55,332 nucleotides of DNA from Schmidtea polychroa (taxonomy: Eukaryota). The position numbers were made by a program, and so were the translations under genes. The notes under the pieces were generated by a model. That model was given only the letters and a program-made list of their open reading frames with translations, searched no databases and was not told the origin of the DNA. The stretch spans positions 4,278,001 through 4,333,332 of the forward strand of contig CM097887.1 of the NCBI GenBank assembly GCA_044892525.1. The letters run 5' to 3'. Position 1 is the stretch's first letter. Each line of letters begins with the position of its first letter. Below, piece by piece: positions 37,665 to 49,342 of this stretch.

Positions 37665-38655
37665 TGTTGGGTTTTATGATATCAAAATCAACCGTTGGTT
37701 ACTCTGACTCCACGTGTTCCAAAATCAATAAACAAAAACTCCCAACGTATATTTGTTTTATAACAATTCACAACTCAACAATTAATCACACTGTTGGTTA
37801 ATCACAATTCTTACACAATTTCAAATCGAACTCCGCTCTGGAAGGTCTCGGCCTTGTACGATTTAAAAAATAGGTTTCACCTTTTGTTTGATTCCGCTCT
37901 CTGATCCGAACTCTTTTAATATTCCTTTCTGACTCCTAAATTCCTCTTATAATTCCTTTTTCCTTTTTATTTTTATTCCTCGAACTCCTATCGTCTGTTT
38001 CTTCGTATCCATACCTAAGGCTATCGCCGATTATGTGAATTTTGAGTTTTCTTATATACTCCCATAATCGTTGTAATTGCCCCATTTTTGACCTAATTGG
38101 TTTTGACTTCTTCAGCTATCATTCCCTAATTGACTATTTTTGTTGACCCTCTTCGTAATTCCCTGTCTTTTGTTTACCCTCGTTTATCCGATTGTTTGGA
38201 TAATTGCCCTCTGAATTCCTCGTTTGTTTACCCTTCCAAATTGCCGTGCTCGGGTTTTCTTCATCGCTCGGGTTCTCCATTGGCTCGGGCTTCCCATTAG
38301 CTCGGGTTTCCCATTAGCCAATTAATTAATTAATTAATATTTTACGTTTTTCCACATTTGTCTGTTTTACGACCCTTTCTACACATTTTCTAACAATTTC
38401 TTGCTCACTGTCTTCTTCACCATCCCTTAATCTACCCCTCTCCGGTTTTCCAGCTTCAATTTCGATAACTTTTCACTTTATTCCACTTCCTCCGGTTTGC
38501 GCATTTTCCCATTTCATGTCTGATTGTACCCTTTTATAGTTCTGTTTTTATCATATCTTTCTTTGCCATTGCTTCTCTGCTTGACCGCCATTCAATTTCG
38601 GCTTTCCTTTTAATCTGAACTATATAATTTAATAATTTATTTTCAAACCTCAACA
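37665..38655 (-). repeat. 5' LTR
   Basis: Direct repeat of 21954-22944, followed by the PBS and gag. Confidence 0.98.
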
Positions 38656-39434
38656 CATTTATTAAGTAATATAAATTAATGTAATCATGAAAATCTGTAA
38701 ATAAATTTGTTGAGAATTACACATTATCCATTTTTTAGTGCCGGCTTTAGACAAATTTGAAATAATGCAGCTCTAGGCGGGTAATCAGCTTGGGTAATCT
38801 GTTACCACGGGAGTGATCGCAGTGTCGGCCTCAGACAATTTTGTGCTATATAAAAAGTGATATTGGTAGCACGAGGAACAACAAATAATTTTCATAACAT
38901 AAAAAATATTTTTAAATTTAAATTTTTCATAATTTTGCCGCCCTTTAAAATAATGCCACCCAGGCAGCCGCCTATGTCGCCTATGTTTCCATTTCCTCTC
39001 GCTGTGGAGTTTTATGTGAAGATTACATTCTGAAATTAAACTTATAAAGTATATTACGTAGAATTTATTATTACTGATTTAGCTAAAAATTTTATAATTA
39101 TTTATTTATTTATTTAATTAGTGCTTCATGATGACAACTGATTTGTCGCAATATAAATACAAAAATATATTTTCACAAATAATGTTTCTGCCGATTTTGG
39201 CGTGTTTTTTGTATCGCGTCTGTGTGCGCGGTATGATTAGACCGATTCTTGTTAATGTGCGCACACAGACGCGAGAAGTACGTTTTTATGTTTTATATTG
39301 AAGTTAATTGTAATTGTTGGTTTTTAGGATTGATTTGAATTCTAGGAATTGATTGGTTTTTCTGGAAGTAAAGTGAATTTTTGTTTGAACGGGTTATTTA
39401 TGTGAATATTTTGAATTTTCGGATTTAGTTAAAT

Positions 39435-39925
39435 ATGGAAAATGAAAATGTTATTAAATCATCTGGTGAATATTATGACACCTCTATTAGACCAAGTATC
39501 GACAGAATAATTGCTGCAAAAGATAGTGCTATATTGATGCTGGAACTTCGTTTAAATTTACAAGTCAAACCATAAATTTTTGGTCAAATGCCACTAGGGG
39601 TTTTGTTCGTCGTTTCATGTCAAGGAATAATAAAGCAGAATATGGAACTGCCGAAAAGAAGGAATATGATATTCTATTTAATCGAGCTCTTAAAAGGATA
39701 AACACAATTCAAATGTTTACTAGCAAAAGTGTTGGACAATTATCCAATGTTTTGAATTCAATATACGATCAATCAGTGACAAAAAACAAAGAATGGTTGA
39801 AACAATATTATGATGACTTCACAGATGAAATGATAACAGTTGTGTTGGATAATATCTCGAAAGTTAATAAAGAAAGCCAGCTTCTTGATCTCAATGTTTT
39901 CTGTAAACAAATGATATTATTTTAA
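39435..39925 (+). pseudogene. Orphan ~160-codon reading frame with one frameshift
   Basis: MENENVIKSSGEYYDTSIRPSIDRIIAAKD continues in another frame as ..CYIDAGTSFKFTSQTINFWSNATRGFVRRFMSRNN..; no family recognised. Confidence 0.35.
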
Positions 39926-40357
39926 AAATTTGTTTAAATTGTTGTTTAATACTTATTTGTTTAAATTGTTTAATATTTAATCTTTCTGAAATATTAAATT
40001 GAAATATTGCTGAATTCTCAAAATAAAATTTGTTCAAATATCCGCATAATAAATAAAAAAATATATTTAGAAAAGGATAATTTGACCTATTATAATTAGG
40101 TGAGGAGGGCATATATATTCACATTATTAGAAATCGTTTAAATCTGTCACTTATTAAATTGATATAAAAGCTTGTTAATTAATTTTTGTAATTATTATAA
40201 TTTTTTTTATTAATTTCAAAAAGTATGTCTTTTTATTTTATTAATTATATTTTTAATCCAAGTTTAATTTGTCAACATGGAACAAGATTTTTATAATAAA
40301 AAAAATTAAAAAAAAAATTTTTTTTATAAAAGATTTTTTTAGTATTTTTTACCTATA

Positions 40358-41200
40358 CAGTAAAACCTCCATATAAAGCACACCATATTTGCAAACAATT
40401 CTTCTTCAGGTGTATTTCTTAACGGTAGGTGTACTTCTAAGATAAATATTGAAAAATAAAAAATGTTTGATATACCATATTCAATAAAAATTGAGACTCT
40501 TTATATATGGTAAATGTCGTGAAGCTTAAAATTCTAGCAAATAAATTGTTTCAGTCATGAAGAGATACAAAAATTAAATACAACAATTAGTTTTGAATTA
40601 AGAATTCATCAAGTTTTGTTTGCCTTTTGTTTTTCTCTTGTACTTTTCTTACTTTCTCATTAAACTGCAATAAGTGAAGCTCTTTTTCAATTAATCCATT
40701 GGTTTAACATAAATAACAGTTTTGAAATTATTTGCGTTACTTTACAATTAGTTATGGGTTGAACTTTTCATATTTCGCTTGTCTCTCTTATCATCCTTAT
40801 TCTCATTTTCTTCATTATCCTGATTAGTTAGGTAATCATCTAATATGGCACCAAGAATTTCATTATCATTAGGAATATTACATAGATTTCAACAACTTCT
40901 TGCCAATGTCTTGAAGCTACGTATTATACTTCCATTAAGTGGTTGTAGCACACTTGCAATATTAGGAGGTAGGTATTTAACTGTTATATTCGTTAGTCAA
41001 GTGGGCTCATCTAGTAAATGAAAAGGCGCATTGTCAACGAATAATAGTATCTGCTTCTTGTCTCGTCTAAATTGACTGTCAAGTTACTTCAAATAAGCAC
41101 TGAATATATTTACTGTCATCCACCCCTTTTTGAACTCTCATACTGAAAATTTATCTTTGACATATCCTCTCCTCGAAAACATCTCGACTCACAAGACTTA
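40358..41200 (-). pseudogene. Tigger/pogo transposase remnant with one TIR
   Basis: KKGWMT..ILLFVDNAPFH..VKYLPPNIASVLQPLNGSIIRSFK with stops; TA|CAGTAAAACCTC terminus at 40358. Confidence 0.85.
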
Positions 41201-41603
41201 TCAATAACTAAAATGGGTAGTTTTCACCTAATGCAGAGCTCAAAGTCTCCCTGGCAAGTTCCAAAAAACTCTTAAAAATTTTACAATTTCTGAAATGTTT
41301 TATGTAACAACTCAAAATAAATGTATGTAGTGTAAATATCTGTTTTAATATTGCGGCTCCGCATTTGCGAAGATTATAAAATAGTGCTCCTCTGCTAAAA
41401 AGGATTGAACACCTCGGTTTTAATTGATCTATTTCAGTCATAAAAAATCATTTATATTTATTAATTACTAAAAATAAATTCTAGTTCTACAAGAATATTA
41501 GGGGCAAATTAATTTTGATATATCAATAATTATATTGCATAAAACCTTCAATGATATTTTCAGTCTTTTGATGGTTTTATAGTTCATGTTCATTATTTAT
41601 ATA

Positions 41604-42151
41604 CAGAGTTTTCGGGTCAATTATAATGAAATTATATTTCAAAATTATCTTAATTCTATCTTTGAATGCTTAAGAGAACGAAATCTGGAAAATTGTATTA
41701 TGATTATGGATAACGTGGTATTTCACAGATGTACGTCAATAAGAACATTATTAGAAGCTAATGGGCATCAAGTGGTTTATTTACCACCACATTCCCCTTC
41801 ATTAATTCCCCTTCATTGAGGAATCGTTTTCTAAATGAAAAAATGTTGTGAGAAGAGCTAATTGTGCTAATGTTGAAGATCTCATGGTGGCTTTTGAGGA
41901 TGGATGGAACAGTATAACTGTATAAGATTGTGACGGTTATTATAGGCACATGAAACGTGAATTACGAGTTGCAATGGAAAAATTATCTATTAATTTATGT
42001 AATAATGTATTTATTTTTTTCCCAAATAAAACATTTACATGCTTGTATTTTTTTATTACGAAATTGACTTTCTAAAATTTAATTATATGGGTAAATTAAA
42101 TAAATGTACGAAATTGAGTTTCAAAATTACGAAATTGACCCGAAAACCCTG
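41604..42151 (+). mobile_element. Internally deleted Tc1/IS630-like element
   Basis: TA|CAGAGTTTTCGGGTCAATT...AATTGACCCGAAAACCCTG|TA; encodes IMDNVVFH..VVYLPPHSPSL (DDE C-terminal part). Confidence 0.88.
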
Positions 42152-45100
42152 TAATAGAAATTAAAAAAATTACTTATAAAACAAGTCAAATTTTAAGAAA
42201 TAAAATGTCAAAGAAATTAGTTATTATAAATATTATTCTTTAATTAATTTATCAGTCAAAATGACACTGAATGAGTGTGTCTCAGTTCTCAGATTATGTC
42301 TTTGTTTATTATTGATTCCAACGCAATTGACGATACATATGCAGTAGGCAGGCATTGGTGATGCATATTGTTCAATGCTTCAGTACAAACAAAAACATTT
42401 TGTCGAAATTTCGAAGTTACATTATTATTTTTATTATTAATATCATATTGAATTCGGGCAACGATATTCCCAAGAACTAAAGGAGCGCATATGGAAACTA
42501 AACAGACAAGAAACAGTCTCAAAGAAATGATACGCTAAAAGAATCAAAATATAATTTACAGAAAGCATTAGCAGAAGTCATTTAACAAAATTTTGCTGAC
42601 TAATTGTCAGTAACTCCGGCACTGTGAGACCTTATTTGAAGCACTTTAACAAATCTAATTGTCTGCTGCCATAAAGCCAGCAAGCGTCATTCAAGCGTTG
42701 TCAGTCAATTCCAGTGAGTGAAGTTGATAATGAAGTGCGTCAGTAATGCGCTAACGCACTCGCTTCAGATTGAGCTTTCAATGTCAACTATTGTTATATA
42801 TTCTCATCAATTTAAACAATTAATTTTTTATTAAATTTATCAAGTAATCTGATTGCCGGATGCCATCAAAGCGTTTTCAATCAATAAGAAATAACTTTAC
42901 GTGACGCAATATTTTATTTTTACATTATTTATTTTTAATTATTTTCCATTTAAATTCTATTGATATTATTTTATTGTTTAATAACTTAATTTTTTAATTT
43001 ACGAGGAATTGCTTAGGAGGGAGGGGATATGTGACCATTTTATAGTAATGATGCGATTAAANNNNNNNNNNNNNNNNNNNNNNNNNNNNNNNNNNNNNNN
43101 NNNNNNNNNNNNNNNNNNNNNNNNNNNNNNNNNNNNNNNNNNNNNNNNNNNNNNNNNNNNNNNNNNNNNNNNNNNNNNNNNNNNNNNNNNNNNNNNNNNN
43201 NNNNNNNNNNNNNNNNNNNNNNNNNNNNNNNNNNNNNNNTAGTGCCAAAAGGGCTCGACAATGAATAATCGATTAACTAACACTTGATAAAAGCTGTATA
43301 AAAAATTTGTGGTTATCATTAAAAATTATTGATCTAATGAGAGGTTAATAAACATTAATAAATTAATAAATTTAGTTAAATTAAAATTATAGCTATTTTA
43401 AGAATAATATAAAATATAAATTAAAGAAAAAATAAAATTCGAAAAAATTACGAATTTATTCAAGAAAAGCTTTCAAATTTTTATAAACAAGAATGAGAAC
43501 AAAAAATTGTGCCGAATCTCAGGAAATGTGAATTAAAACATTTGCGCTAGGAAATCCGGTTTTTCCATGCAGTGTTTTTCGATAAAATTCTAGAAAATAA
43601 TTTTTAAAAATTTTTATAAGATATAAATAATTTTTGTTAACAGAATTTTTTGATTTTTTGAAAAAAAGTTTTTATAAAAAATATTGTCACTGAACATATA
43701 GGTCATTTTTAATGAGTATAAGTTTGATGTAATTATCACAAAAAGCAAGAAACTCATCATACATATCACTGCTAACATCTTCATAGTTTTCTGCAACAGT
43801 GACAATGTCTGAATCAGTGTCTCATAGAAATTCGACTTAGACTCGTGAAAATACGGGAACTTTCATTTTTATTTCCATAACATCTACTGGAATATTTTTT
43901 TGTAAAGCCTAGCAGCTCTAGGAACCCTTTCTATTTTTATTGATATTAGTATAAAATTTATTTTTAGGGATCCTCTAAAGTGCTTACCAAGAAGAACTAT
44001 GATAACAGACCTATGGGTAGTCTTAATCTTTGGCATTTGACTCAGCGTGATTGGATAAATTGGTAATAATGACATCATACTGATGTATTTTATCTTATCT
44101 CACACCCAATGAGGGACCCTTAAATAATGCATCAAAATATTGAAATTTTTATTTACAATTATCTCTAGCCGACAAAGGCCTTTAGCTTGCGGGACCGTAT
44201 ATGTCGAGGAAACCATATTTATAAGGTCCCCTTAATTGCGATGTCCATTTGATATGGGAAATGAGAATCACAGCTTCCCATTGCGGCAATGATTGCGGGG
44301 AAATTGCCGCGCGCCACTAGAAATCATAAATTACAATTCACCCTCAAGGAATCCCAAATCAACAAAAAGCCTGATTAATTAAAATCAAAATCGAATTAAT
44401 TTTTTTATATTTAATTTTTCAGGTTTTTTATTATCTCACTTGTAGCCAGTGGCAACTTTCACCCGGGCTTCCCTTCAGTAACTCTAATTCCAAATTCAGA
44501 AAGAATCTTTATCTTTTGACATCAAAAGAAATCATTTTCCCGATATTAAAGGCAGTTGTCCTTTTTGTAGCGGAAAGATTGGAAATCTCGACAGTGCAGA
44601 TATTATTAATCCAATAATTAGTTTCATTAGTTTCCCTTTATTTCCCTCTCCCTTTCATCTGAGATTTAATGCAGGCTCGTCTTAAAAATTGCTTATCAAA
44701 TATTTCCTCAGAGAGCCAAATTACAGTCAAGTCAAGGGGAGAAATTACTTTTTCCAAAAAAATTATAAACTAGACTGACCATTCGCAATGTTATCCCTTC
44801 ATGGAAGGTATGAGTTGTAGCCTTTGAAACCGATTAGTTTTTCTACTTTATATGAGAGTGAAGTAGCAATAAATATGCAAATTTCCTGACACAAAAGGGC
44901 GTGGGTTGATAAAGATTCGGGATAAACCCAATGCGTTATGAGCTTTGAAAAAAACATGATATAAACATTAAAACTTCCTCACCACAAGATCATCAGTGTT
45001 CCTAGAGCACTTCATTTGGTCCAAAGTTCGTCTCAGCCGGAAATAATGATAGCTTTTTTTTAATCGAAATATGTCATGCCCGGTATCGTAGCGCTTCACG

Positions 45101-48100
45101 TCTTCGGTGTTTGAATCTGCAATTATTAAAATTTCATTAACTTAACCAACATTTGTGAATCAGTGAAATCCTTTATCCTTTTCACCATTAACCTATTAAT
45201 ACCAATATCAATCATTATTGAAATGATGAGGCGTAAAGATTAATTTAGCCTTAATACCGATCTATGGTCTAAAACAGCGTTTCTCAACCATTTTTGGTCT
45301 GTGGCCTCATTTACACCCAAAATTTGCAGCAGTCCACACTTATTACTAAACATTTCAGATTTTATTCCATCACACTGTGTCACTGGAGGAATAGGCAGAG
45401 AGAACTGTGCATGTTGTGCTTACATATTATTAAACATACATATTTCTATATTCATTAACTTTTTACTAGTCTGTATCAAATAGTGCTATTATTATTGTTA
45501 TTCAAATATCATTTATTATATCAATTTATTATATAAATATCGATTTAATTTTTATAAATTTATGCTCTTTAAACACAGTAGATTTATGTAACTTTATTTT
45601 TGTCATAATATAAATATTTTGATCTTACCATGGCCCCTTCCTCACTGGTTTATACAATGTTTCTTAACGTTTGTGTAACTTCCAGACACCTTTGGCAACG
45701 AAAATTTTTATTTTGAGCGTTTAATATTTCGCTAAGAAAATTTATGCCTAGACAGAACTGAAGGGCAAACGAATTTACAGCAAAAAAGCACCGTCAGAAG
45801 TTGCCGAGTTTCAATTATCCTAGTGCTGTATACAAAAGAACCCCTAACTCATGCACCAGAACTGGGATAAAATATATCTAAATTCCAAAGTATCAATTTG
45901 TGACACAAGAAATTGTTACATTGAAGTCGGTTTTGGAATTTTTTTTTCTGAATATGCTCAATGTCTTTCAATCGCTACTTTACATAATTTACATATTTAT
46001 CTCCCTGATTTACGGACCCATATGCATGAAATATCCGACAAATTGACTCATTTTTTGCCGGCAGCAGGGATATGGGGATATTTTTGCCCAGTTACTTTTT
46101 ATTCCAACTTATGTCGCACTCATCTGATTAAATTTAGTTTTTAATTAAAATAGTTTTAGAAAAAGTTTTATTTTTTACAATATATATATATATATATATA
46201 TAAATCAAGTTTTAAAACTTTTTTCAAGAATCTCATTAAAAATCCACAAATAATATAATTGAAAAATATACCCCTATTACTAAGTAACTATTATTAATTT
46301 TGAGAAAAATAAAGCATTTACATTTAACAGTATAATAAATATTGTTTACCGTATTAGTTATCCATAAAGGAGAATTGCGATTGGTCTATTTCAACTGAAC
46401 TCAATTTACAATATGCAATTCAAACATCGTATATTATTAATTCGAATAAATAATGTGAATTATACATAATGATCATATTTTGTGTTTGACATTTTTTAGC
46501 CTTAGACTGTTTTTAGTTTACATATGTTAGAGTGATAGGAAAATAAATATTTTGAAAAACCGAAAAATTTTAATGTTTTATTTAATTTCAATATGATTAT
46601 AGATCAAAAATTCATTTTCCCATGAAACAAAATTTTTCGGTATTGTCTTTATCAAATGTTATTTCCGAAAATAAATGTTTTCTATAGCAAATAAATGAAG
46701 TATTAACAGAAAACAGATCAAAGATGAACAAGGAAAGGTTTTATTGTAAATAAATATAAAAAACTTAAAAGCCATATAAAAAATAATAATTTCCAACACG
46801 TCCATATAGTCTAGGGAAATATGGCCAACGGTTTCAAACAAATGCTTACATTGAAGAGAGATTGTTGCTAACTGGATAGGATATTAAAATTAAAAAAAAA
46901 ATTAATTATTTCAATTAAATAAATTTTAATCTCAAATCAAATTTCAATTAATCCTAGGCACATAAGGGAATATTAGAAATAAACGAAATTTTTCAGATGC
47001 TTTTCATTACTCCTTTTTTCCTTAATTCCTACCTGTAAATTTGAATCATTTGCTTTGTAAGACTCTTAATTAAATTTATAAAAGGGGTTTGTTCACAAAT
47101 TTATTTCAAAAATGAGCATTACTAAAGATTTCATAAAGAAGATTTTTAACCACTTTCACTGGCAATTAATTAACATGCGCGGGTAGCGATGCCGCCCAAA
47201 GCAATTTGCAGCGAGTTAGCATGCCATAAGCAAGTCAGGCGCTAATATAATATATAACTTGTTGATAGAACTGTCAACGTGTTACGCACATTACTCCAGC
47301 CCAAGTAGTTATTTAGAATTTTTTTTCCTAAACAAAATAATAACAACGAAGGTTTTAATGCAATTATTATTTAAACGAATATTTCTGACACATCAACATG
47401 GCAAACTGTAAAATTTCACATAACTGCATTTTAATAAAAATAATTTAAAATAAACTTCCAATATTTGCCTAATTTACTTTTAATTTTTATAAATAAATTT
47501 TTTTTTAATTGTCTGTAAAATTTTGTCAAATTAAAATACAAATTTATTTAGATTTTCCTGAATCTTCACAAAAGGAAACTATGACTTACATTTAGAAATT
47601 TCGATTTATCGGATGTATGATGTGGGATTGAAACGCGTCTAACCGAGTTGCTGAAGTTGAATAATTTATCAAATTGGCAGAAGAAGTTTTTAAAATTAGA
47701 ATGTAACTTTTAAAGTATAAGTGAAAAGTAAAAAATAAAAAAGGAAATGGATTCAGAAAATTTAATTTCGCAACTTTCTTTGTTTCCCTTCAAATATCCA
47801 GCAATGGCCTTGGACCCTTTGATACTATGTAACAATTACTATCGACACTTGATTGCTTTTAGGTTCCTAAAATTTGAATGAAATCTAGAATACGAGAACT
47901 AAGTGAGGCGGAGGGCGAGGAAATGTATATATGTATTATTGAAAAGTTACATTTTGGTGCTCCATAAATTCTAGAGTGAGCCCCATTTGGATATACCTAT
48001 CCCTAGGAATATTTATTTCACCATTTACGGAACTAATGAATTACAAAAATCTAAAATTTACAGATTAATGACCTTTAAATTTGTTTTTGTTTATCAAAAA

Positions 48101-48737
48101 ATGAACGATATCTCTACTCGTAAACAAATTCATCAATCATAAACAAATATTTACAGTTTTAAGTCTTTTGGGGCTTCCCAATTGCTTAGAAGTTGANNNN
48201 NNNNNNNNNNNNNNNNNNNNNNNNNNNNNNNNNNNNNNNNNNNNNNNNNNNNNNNNNNNNNNNNNNNNNNNNNNNNNNNNNNNNNNNNNNNNNNNNNNNN
48301 NNNNNNNNNNNNNNNNNNNNNNNNNNNNNNNNNNNNNNNNNNNNNNNNNNNNNNNNNNNNNNNNNNNNNNNNNNNNNNNNNNNNNNNNNNNNNNNNNNNN
48401 NNNNNNNNNNNNNNNNNNNNNNNNNNNNNNNNNNNNNNNNNNNNNNNNNNNNNNNNNNNNNNNNNNNNNNNNNNNNNNNNNNNNNNNNNNNNNNNNNNNN
48501 NNNNNNNNNNNNNNNNNNNNNNNNNNNNNNNNNNNNNNNNNNNNNNNNNNNNNNNNNNNNNNNNNNNNNNNNNNNNNNNNNNNNNNNNNNNCCAATCCTG
48601 ATTCTGATGCTTTCCCAAAATAACAATTATTAAATAAACAATATAAATCCGAAATTATAATAACAATGTCCCAACCCAAAATAACTGATAAATAAAAATT
48701 GAAAAATAAAAATAAAAATCTATGATGGGATCCTTAC

Positions 48738-48804
48738 TTGCAATGAGAATGGCCAGGAATGCCCCCATGACAAACATGCAGTTGAATGTTCTTATCAAAG
48801 CCAT
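48738..48804 (-). CDS. Candidate first exon (signal peptide) of a secreted protein
   Basis: TATAAAA at 48857-48851, AAAATG start, MALIRTFNCMFVMGAFLAILIA, then a GTAAGG donor. Downstream exons probably lie in or near the 48197-48591 gap. Confidence 0.45.
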
Positions 48805-49017
48805 TTTATTTTTTTTTGTTTAAAATCGAAATCATCAGAAATCGGAGAGATTTTATAGGGAAATTCCTCCGAAGGTGTCGACCAATGAAAAACGGGGAAA
48901 AGTTGAAATTAATGAAATTAGACGCAAGACTGACAGATCAGATAGAAATCTTGAAAATAAATTATCAAGAAAATAAATTTATTCAAATCGAATATTTTTT
49001 GTATTTATTTTAGGATT

Positions 49018-49256
49018 TTAACTGCAGCCGCAACTTTCGACAATCATGTCGTTGACTTCGGTATTCCTAATATCCTGGGTGTAATCTCGGTACTGGATTT
49101 GCAATTTATTGTAGGATACAGGGGTGCAACAACTTTTCATGGTCTCGATTTGTCTGACGGATAGCAAGGAGGTCTTGGACCTTTTCAGGATAGACAAGTA
49201 ACTTGCATGCTTACTTCTATATGGTGAATCTGGAAATAACTGTTATCATTAATGCA

Positions 49257-49342
<86 letters not shown>

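Larger units (their letters stand above)
21954..38655 (-). mobile_element. Complete 16.7-kb envelope-bearing Ty3/Gypsy (Metaviridae-like) LTR retroelement
   Basis: Two 991-bp LTRs (2 substitutions by eye), TG..CA ends, 4-bp TSD catt (21950-21953, 38656-38659), PBS, PPT, and PR-RT-RH-INT domain order. Confidence 0.98.

Noticed and set aside
38737-38990. hAT-like MITE (gtgccggc...gccgcctatgtcgccta)
   Set aside because: Typical subterminal motifs, but no resolvable TIR pair or TSD.
45275-45640. Charlie-type MITE starting CAGCGTTTCTCAACC
   Set aside because: Only one TIR found; no matching end or TSD.
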